NCBI GenBank assembly: GCA_016287855.1
Contig: JAEEXS010000047.1
Span: 1-12,072 of the forward strand
DNA length: 12,072 bases
Direction: 5' to 3'
Origin: Clostridia bacterium
Lineage (GTDB): Bacteria > Bacillota > Clostridia > TANB77 > RGIG9151
The notes under the pieces are model-generated. The model was not told where the DNA came from. It worked only from the letters and a program-made list of their open reading frames with translations, and ran no database searches. Every line of letters begins with the position of its first letter. The first letter of the stretch is position 1. The position numbers and the translations under genes are program-made. Positions 7,286 through 12,072 of this stretch are shown one piece after another.

Positions 7286-7308
7286 TAAAGTGCAAATTTT
7301 GCACTTTA
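7286..7308. terminator. 23-nt perfect palindrome TAAAGTGCAAATTTTGCACTTTA (copy A); bidirectional-type terminator after the toxin gene
   Basis: 11-1-11 perfect dyad, 6 nt after the parE-like stop. On the minus strand it is followed by TTTTTAT, and on the + strand by TTTTAT. Identical to 7961..7983. Confidence 0.7.
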
Positions 7309-7314
7309 TTTTAT

Positions 7315-7623
7315 CTATAATAAATTTATCCAATTTCTTCTTCCATACATTACTCTAACAATTTGTATATTATTATCTTTCATTCTATAAAATACAATAT
7401 AATTATCTACTATCAATTTTCTTATTTCTAATCTTTTTATTATATCGTCATCTATAATTGCATATTTTTCAGGAGCATTTTTCAAAGCATTTATTTCTTC
7501 TCTTATTTTGAAGATTAACTTTTGTGCTATTTCTGGCTCTTGCAAATTATTTTTAATATATTGCTTTATCCTTACTAAGTCTTGTTTAGACTCTTTTGAA
7601 TATTCTATGTTATATTTCTTCAC
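7315..7623 (-). CDS. Type II toxin, RelE/ParE superfamily
   Basis: 102 aa; ...AEKDL..I..YI-like N-terminus (SKESKQDLVRIKQYI), then IRKLIVDNYIVFYRMKDNNIQIVRVMYGRRNW, the typical ParE/RelE C-terminal beta-sheet signature. GTG start with an AGAAGG SD 9 nt upstream. Lies 17 nt after the antitoxin stop. Confidence 0.85.
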   Translation of the reverse strand: MKKYNIEYSKESKQDLVRIKQYIKNNLQEPEIAQKLIFKIREEINALKNAPEKYAIIDDDIIKRLEIRKLIVDNYIVFYRMKDNNIQIVRVMYGRRNWINLL

Positions 7624-7640
7624 AAGTAAGAACCTTCTTT

Positions 7641-7895
7641 CTATATTTTGTCTAATTCTTCATATAGTTCTTCTTCAGAAATTATCTCTCCTCTATCTAA
7701 TGAGTCTATTCCTTTTTGCAATTCTTTATATAGCATAAGCCTATCTGTTAGCATTTCATATAGCTCAATACTCATAACGGCTAAATCTCCAGCACCATTT
7801 TTTGTAATATATACTGGACTTTTAGTTTGATGACAAATCGTAGAAATTTCATTATAATTATTTCTTAAATCAGAACTTGGTCTAATAACTGGCAT
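7641..7895 (-). CDS. Type II antitoxin, Phd/YefM family
   Basis: MPVIRPSSDLRNNYNEISTICHQTKSPVYITKNGAGDLAVMSIELYEML is the Phd/YefM N-terminal fold signature. ATG 7895 has a GGGGGTG SD 6 nt upstream. The track's ATG 7925 abuts the -10 box and would not be on the transcript. Confidence 0.85.
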   Translation of the reverse strand: MPVIRPSSDLRNNYNEISTICHQTKSPVYITKNGAGDLAVMSIELYEMLTDRLMLYKELQKGIDSLDRGEIISEEELYEELDKI

Positions 7896-7925
7896 ATTAC
7901 ACACCCCCGTCAATATTATATGCAT

Positions 7926-7954
7926 ATTCTATCAAAATATTGATATGTAGTCAA
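7926..7954 (-). promoter_or_regulatory. Promoter of the TA operon: -35 TTGACT (7954..7949), 17 nt, extended -10 TGaTAGAAT (7934..7926)
   Basis: Read directly from the sequence. The spacer and flanks contain ATATTGA-N7-TCAATAT and a second AATATTGAC copy (+ strand GTCAATATT at 7909..7917 and 7950..7958). These are plausible antitoxin operators. Confidence 0.55.
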
Positions 7955-7960
7955 TATTTT

Positions 7961-7983
7961 TAAAGTGCAAATTTTGCACTTTA
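7961..7983. repeat. 23-nt perfect palindrome TAAAGTGCAAATTTTGCACTTTA (copy B), followed by a degenerate hairpin TGCAA-aaag-TTGCA (7986..7999)
   Basis: Exact 23/23 copy of 7286..7308. Lies between the copA stop (8008) and the TA -35. Unlike copy A, it has no U-tract after it in the minus-strand direction. Confidence 0.65.
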
Positions 7984-8007
7984 AATGCAAAAAGTTGCAC
8001 TTTATTT

Positions 8008-10224
8008 TTACCCAATATTCATTTTTACACCTTTTAATCTCAAAGTATTTAATATAACTGTTATACTGCTTAATACCATTGCGACACTTGCTATCATTGG
8101 ATTTATCGTAATTCCTACTGGTTTTAATATTCCTGTTGCAACAGGTATCATTAGGCAATTATAGAAAAATGCCCAAAACAGATTTTGCTTAATAATTCTT
8201 ACGGTTTTTTTACTTATATTTATTAGATTTGTTATACAATTTAAATCGTTATTAGTTAAAACAACATCAGCCGAATCCATTGCAATATCTGTTCCATCGT
8301 TAACGCTTATGCCTATATCAGAGTAAGCTAGGGCAATACTATCGTTAATTCCGTCTCCACACATCATAATAAACTTGTTTTCATTTTTTAATTTATTTAT
8401 CGTGTCTGCCTTATCTTTCGGTAAGACTTCCGATATTACTCTATTTATTCCAATTTTTTCAGCGATCTTCTCTGCTGTTTCTTTGTTGTCACCAGTAAGC
8501 ATTATTGTTTCAATATTTAATTTTTTCAAGTTTTTTATAAGCTCTACAGTTTCATTTCTTATAACGTCGTTTACGCCAATTAATCCTAAAATCTTATTTT
8601 CATTTGCAATATAAACGATACTATTCCCATTCTTAGCCAGTTTCTCTTCATCACTATGACAGTCATTTTTTATATTATATTTATCTATAATTTTACTATT
8701 TCCAATAATGATTTTGCCGTTATCAATATTAGCTACTATGCCCATTCCAGCAATATTTTCAAAATTATTTATATCTAATAATTGTATATTGTTTTCTTTA
8801 GAGTAGTCTATAAATGCTTTTGCAATAGGGTGTGTTGATTTGTTTTCTATACTTCCAGCTAATTGCAATAATTTACTATCATTCATATTGCTGTAATTAA
8901 GAATCTCAGATATTTTGAGTTTACCATATGTTAAGGTCCCTGTTTTATCAAAAATAATAGTATCAACTTTTCTTGCGTTTTCAAGTATTTCACTTTTCTT
9001 TACTAGTATTCCATTTGTAACGCATAATCCTTCACTTACAACAATCGCAAGAGGAGTTGCTAAACCCAAACTACAAGGGCAAGCTACAACTAATACAGTA
9101 ACAAATGTTGTTATAGCACTCGGAAAGCTTTCTCCTACTATTAGATATATAGCAAATGTTAATACTGCTATTCCAATTACTATTGGTACAAAATATCCAG
9201 ATACTTTATCTGCAATTTTAGCAATTGGAGCTTTTGTAGAACTAGCTTCAAGAACAAGTTTTACAATTTCCGAGATAGTAGATTCTTTTCCAATTCTTTC
9301 AGCCCTATATTCTATATAGCCGTCATAATTTATACTTCCTGCTATTACATTACTACCTTTTTCTTTTAGTTTTGGTTTACTTTCGCCTGTAATAAATGCT
9401 TCGTCTAGATGGGCTTTTCCCTCAAGTATAATTCCATCTACTGCTATTTTTTCTCCTGGCTTACAAACAACTATATCTCCTTTTTTAATTTCATCTAGTG
9501 TTACAACTTTTAATTCTCCATCTATTTTTATTGTAGCTTTATTAGGCGTAATTGTAACTAACTTACTAATTGCTTCTTTAGTTTTATCTTTGCTTATACC
9601 ATCTATGTATCTGCCTAATTTTATAAAATATATTACAATGGCTGATGATTCAAAATATAAAAACATAAGCTTTTCGCTATTGCCGTTTAGTACTAAAATC
9701 ATATTATATAAGCTATATAAAAAACTTGTTAATACTCCTATTCCAACTAATGTATCCATATTAGGTGTTCTATGAATTAGATTTTTGTAACCGTTTTTTA
9801 GGATATCAAAGCCATATATTAAAAATGCGATTGAAATTATAAGCAATGCAAACATATAGTTTGTAGTATTTTGATGCATATCTAATAAGGGTATAGCAGG
9901 TAAATTTAGCATATGCCCCATAGAAATATACATTAATAATATAGCTAAAACCGTATAACTAATAAAGAGAATTTTTTTATCTTTATTCTTCTTATTTAAG
10001 TCTATTTGCTTAAATTCTCCTAAACTCTTAAAACCTGCCTTTTTAACAAATTCTTCTATTTGAACTAGATTTAATTTCCTTTCATCATAGTTTATTGTGG
10101 CATTTGCCATAACTAAGTTTACAACTGCGTTCTCTATGCCTTCTTGTTTATTTAGATATTTTTCTAAGCCACTTGAACAGGCACTACAAGTCATACCGTC
10201 AATAGATAAAATTATTTTTTTCAT
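8008..10224 (-). CDS. copA: Copper(I)-exporting P1B-type ATPase CopA
   Basis: 738 aa. One N-terminal HMA domain (GMTCSACSSG), TM CPC motif (VVACPCSLGLATP), DKTGTLT, STHP, GDGINDS, plus YN (FFYNCLMIP) and MxxSS (MVLSS) Cu+/Ag+ selectivity residues. Confidence 0.96.
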   Translation of the reverse strand: MKKIILSIDGMTCSACSSGLEKYLNKQEGIENAVVNLVMANATINYDERKLNLVQIEEFVKKAGFKSLGEFKQIDLNKKNKDKKILFISYTVLAILLMYISMGHMLNLPAIPLLDMHQNTTNYMFALLIISIAFLIYGFDILKNGYKNLIHRTPNMDTLVGIGVLTSFLYSLYNMILVLNGNSEKLMFLYFESSAIVIYFIKLGRYIDGISKDKTKEAISKLVTITPNKATIKIDGELKVVTLDEIKKGDIVVCKPGEKIAVDGIILEGKAHLDEAFITGESKPKLKEKGSNVIAGSINYDGYIEYRAERIGKESTISEIVKLVLEASSTKAPIAKIADKVSGYFVPIVIGIAVLTFAIYLIVGESFPSAITTFVTVLVVACPCSLGLATPLAIVVSEGLCVTNGILVKKSEILENARKVDTIIFDKTGTLTYGKLKISEILNYSNMNDSKLLQLAGSIENKSTHPIAKAFIDYSKENNIQLLDINNFENIAGMGIVANIDNGKIIIGNSKIIDKYNIKNDCHSDEEKLAKNGNSIVYIANENKILGLIGVNDVIRNETVELIKNLKKLNIETIMLTGDNKETAEKIAEKIGINRVISEVLPKDKADTINKLKNENKFIMMCGDGINDSIALAYSDIGISVNDGTDIAMDSADVVLTNNDLNCITNLINISKKTVRIIKQNLFWAFFYNCLMIPVATGILKPVGITINPMIASVAMVLSSITVILNTLRLKGVKMNIG

Positions 10225-10226
10225 AA

Positions 10227-10436
10227 TTAATCGTTCCTTATTACTTCGTAGCCTATATCTTCAATAGTTTCTTCAAGCGTTTTGACATCAACAGCATCAC
10301 AAACCACATTTACGTTTCCAGTTGTGTGGTCAGCAGTCACGTTTTTTACTCCTTCAATATTTTCTAATGCATTTTTTACTCTATTTTCACATCCTCCACA
10401 CATCATACCATTTACTTTTATATTGATTTCATTCAT
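10227..10436 (-). CDS. copZ: Copper chaperone CopZ (HMA domain)
   Basis: MNEINIKVNGMMCGGCENRVKNAL... has the MxCxxC ferredoxin-like HMA fold. ATG 10436 is preferred because GGGAG is 9 nt upstream, whereas the track's ATG 10445 abuts the SD. The stop is 2 nt before the copA ATG. Confidence 0.9.
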   Translation of the reverse strand: MNEINIKVNGMMCGGCENRVKNALENIEGVKNVTADHTTGNVNVVCDAVDVKTLEETIEDIGYEVIRND

Positions 10437-10463
10437 AATTAACATCTCCCATCCTGTAGGCTT

Positions 10464-10492
10464 ATTATATATTAAGTTATAAACTTAATCAA
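10464..10492 (-). promoter_or_regulatory. Promoter of copZA: -35 TTGATT (10492..10487), 17 nt, -10 TATAAT (10469..10464), with an 8-3-8 palindrome ATTAAGTT-ATA-AACTTAAT (10471..10489) in the spacer and -35
   Basis: Hexamers, spacing and dyad read directly from the sequence. The -35 ends 2 nt from the mnmA stop codon (10495..10497). Confidence 0.55.
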
Positions 10493-10494
10493 TA

Positions 10495-11556
10495 TTACCC
10501 TATTATTTTTCCTCCACCAACTACTATATCATCAATATAAAATACTGCCGACTGTCCTGGAGCTATTGATTTTTGTGGTTCATCATATATTACCTTAACA
10601 TTATTTTCGTATGGAATTATCCTAGCCTTATATGCTTTTGAAGAATATCTTGTTTTTACATAGACTATTAATTCTTTTTCTAATTTATCAAACAAAAGCC
10701 AATTAACCTCTGAGACATTAAATTCTTTTTTATATAATTCTTTTTCTTCCCCAACAATTAATTCATTCTTTTCTTTATTAAATCCCACAGCATATAAAGG
10801 ATTGGTGCTAGATATTCCTAATCCTTTTCTTTGCCCTATTGTATATTTATATAAGCCGTCATGCTCTCCAAGTATTTTACCTTCTGAATTTACAATATTC
10901 CCTTTTATGCCCTTTATATTTGAATTACTCTCTAAAAATGTCTTGTAGTTACCTTCTGGCACAAAGCAAATATCTTCACTATCCGGCTTACTCGCAACAG
11001 GTAAATTATTATCTCTTGCTATTTTTCTTATTTCTTCTTTGCTATTAAACATTCCTAACGGCAATTTTATTTTATTTAGTAATTCTCTTGGCATATTATA
11101 TAACACATAGCTTTGATCTTTTTCTATTGCATTAGCTATTTTCAATACATTTTGATTATATTTTTCTGAATATTCTATTTTAGCATAATGACCAGTTGCA
11201 ATATATTCACATTCTAGTTCTTGTGCTTTGTTATACATACTTCCAAACTTTAAGTATTTATTACATTCGATACAAGGATTTGGTGTTTTACAATTTGCAT
11301 AGCAATTTATAAAGTCATCTATTACATACTTTTTAAAGTCATCTTTGAAGTTTAAAGTATAGTGAGGAATTTCTAAATAGTCACAAACCCTTTTAGCATC
11401 CATTGTAGAAGAAACATTACAACAACTTCCTTCTACTTCTCCTTCAAATAATTTCATCGTTACACCTATTACATCATAACCTTGTTCTTTCAAAAGTATA
11501 GCGGAAACGCTACTATCTACGCCTCCGCTCATTCCTAACAAAACTCTTTTTTTCAT
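10495..11556 (-). CDS. mnmA: tRNA 2-thiouridine(34) synthase MnmA
   Basis: PP-loop GMSGGVDSSV and catalytic Cys contexts NPCIECNK and DSEDICF. ATG 11556 (MKKRVLLGMSGG...) lies 1 nt after the iscU stop. The track's GTG 11577 would overlap iscU by 20 nt. Confidence 0.95.
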   Translation of the reverse strand: MKKRVLLGMSGGVDSSVSAILLKEQGYDVIGVTMKLFEGEVEGSCCNVSSTMDAKRVCDYLEIPHYTLNFKDDFKKYVIDDFINCYANCKTPNPCIECNKYLKFGSMYNKAQELECEYIATGHYAKIEYSEKYNQNVLKIANAIEKDQSYVLYNMPRELLNKIKLPLGMFNSKEEIRKIARDNNLPVASKPDSEDICFVPEGNYKTFLESNSNIKGIKGNIVNSEGKILGEHDGLYKYTIGQRKGLGISSTNPLYAVGFNKEKNELIVGEEKELYKKEFNVSEVNWLLFDKLEKELIVYVKTRYSSKAYKARIIPYENNVKVIYDEPQKSIAPGQSAVFYIDDIVVGGGKIIG

Positions 11557-11557
11557 A

Positions 11558-11998
11558 CTACATACCACAACTTTCACAATGATGTTCTTTCAAATTGCAT
11601 TTTGTTTTAATTTCTTCTTCTGTCATTTTCCCTTCTTTTCTGTAATAATCTGCAATTGCTTCATGTATTGCTTCCTCTGCTAAAAGTGAGCAATGAATTT
11701 TTACTGGTGGTAAGCCATCTAGTGCTTCTACTACATCGCTATTTTTTAGTAATAGTGCCTCTTCTATTGTTTTTCCTTTTATCATTTCTGTTGAAATACT
11801 ACTAGTAGCTATTGCCGCCCCACATCCAAAAGTTTTAAATTTAACATCTACTATAACATTGTTTTCAACTTTTATAAACATTTTCATAATATCTCCACAA
11901 ACTGGATTTCCTACTTCTCCAATTCCTGAAGCATCTTCTATTTTTCCAACATTTCTTGGATTTGTATAATGATCTACAACTTTATCTGAATAATCCAT
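11558..11998 (-). CDS. iscU: Fe-S cluster assembly scaffold IscU/NifU-N-type
   Basis: YTNPRNVG, GNPVCGD, FKTFGCGAAIA and IHCS provide the three conserved scaffold cysteines. 146 aa with a C-terminal extension ending CNLKEHHCESCGM. The ATG overlaps the upstream stop (TAATG). Confidence 0.93.
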   Translation of the reverse strand: MDYSDKVVDHYTNPRNVGKIEDASGIGEVGNPVCGDIMKMFIKVENNVIVDVKFKTFGCGAAIATSSISTEMIKGKTIEEALLLKNSDVVEALDGLPPVKIHCSLLAEEAIHEAIADYYRKEGKMTEEEIKTKCNLKEHHCESCGM

Positions 11999-12072
11999 TA
12001 ATTATTTCCCTCCTCAATAAATTTTTCCCATAATGGTGACATATCTCTTAATCTATTTACTATTTCTACTAA
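11998..12072 (-). CDS. Cysteine desulfurase NifS/IscS, C-terminal 24 codons only (5' part outside the window)
   Basis: Minus-strand frame is LVEIVNRLRDMSPLWEKFIEEGNN*. ...RLR.MSPL(W/Y)E is the typical NifS/IscS C-terminal tail. The position immediately upstream of iscU supports the call. Too short for certainty. Confidence 0.65.
   Translation of the reverse strand, partial: LVEIVNRLRDMSPLWEKFIEEGNN

Noticed and set aside
7961-7983. Palindrome copy B interpreted as the antitoxin operator.
   Set aside because: An identical copy lies downstream of the toxin gene, where an operator makes no sense. Better operator candidates (the ATATTGA/TCAATAT repeats) overlap the TA promoter itself. Interpretation as terminator or insertion scar is preferred, although binding is not excluded.
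9972-9978. An A7 run (GAT AAA AAA ATT on the minus strand) at the boundary between the metal-binding domain and TM1 of copA. A -1 shift here would terminate after 4 codons and give an MBD-only protein of about 88 aa, analogous to the programmed frameshift product CopA(Z) in E. coli.
   Set aside because: It is not a canonical X_XXY_YYZ heptamer in the zero frame, and I could see no downstream stimulatory structure. A7 runs are frequent in this AT-rich genome, and a dedicated copZ gene already exists immediately upstream.
10471-10489. The 8-3-8 dyad after mnmA interpreted as an intrinsic terminator.
   Set aside because: The stem is nearly all A:U with one G:C pair, the loop is 3 nt, and no clean U-tract follows. 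It overlaps a near-consensus promoter, so an operator role is more plausible.
265-11048. Seventeen track ORFs antisense to the long genes: + strand 265..594, 1075..1482, 2257..2523, 3818..4132, 4415..4633, 5829..6104, 6005..6304, 6277..6627, 7508..7738, 7648..7830, 8375..8614, 8915..9319, 9590..9775, 10282..10482 and 10839..11048; minus strand 2942..3151 and 7916..8158.
   Set aside because: All are low-complexity, Ser/Phe/Ile/Leu-rich shadow frames lying opposite or overlapping well-supported genes. None has a ribosome-binding site or recognisable motifs. Such open antisense frames are expected in AT-rich DNA.
1-12072. Search for CRISPR arrays, tRNA or rRNA genes, riboswitch-like leaders, IS elements, integrases, or a novel multi-gene defence or biosynthetic system.
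   Set aside because: No spaced direct-repeat arrays or cloverleaf-capable GC-rich segments are visible. All 5' leaders are shorter than about 45 nt, and there are no transposase- or recombinase-like ORFs. Every ORF longer than 70 aa that I accept belongs to a well-characterised family. I therefore do not claim an undescribed system beyond the regulatory and architectural oddities listed.

Overview
Strongly AT-rich window with the gene content and signals of an anaerobic Firmicute, probably Clostridia-like. The evidence is the [FeFe]-hydrogenase maturases, a nifS-nifU-mnmA block, a Cheo-type GAAC-N4-GTTC SOS box and GGAGG-type ribosome-binding sites. Every real gene except one is on the minus strand. 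In + coordinates the order is: dinD-like gene (3' end cut by the window edge; TTG start, absent from the ORF track), feoB and feoA (Fe2+ uptake), a divergent TetR-family regulator (+ strand), hydF-hydG-hydE (a compact hydEGF H-cluster maturation operon with no hydA in the window), a ParE/RelE toxin with a Phd/YefM antitoxin, copA and copZ (Cu+ export), mnmA, iscU/nifU, and the last 24 codons of a nifS/iscS cysteine desulfurase. Near-consensus sigma-A promoters and intrinsic terminators can be read for most units. I see no tRNA, rRNA, CRISPR array, transposase or integrase. I also see no convincing multi-gene system of unknown function, because every long ORF belongs to a well-known family. What merits follow-up is regulatory and architectural. 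(1) The toxin-antitoxin cassette is bracketed by two identical 23-nt perfect palindromes and appears to have split the ancestral copA terminator. (2) The feoAB promoter has no Fur box; two copies of a 20-mer flank it, and half of that motif recurs inverted inside the divergent tetR promoter. (3) tetR and hydF converge and overlap by 16 nt, and each gene's terminator lies inside the other's coding sequence. (4) FeoB carries a fused C-terminal TM plus Cys-rich module. (5) copZA has no linked Cu sensor, and its promoter abuts the mnmA stop codon. All functional calls rest on motif recognition by eye; no database search was run.
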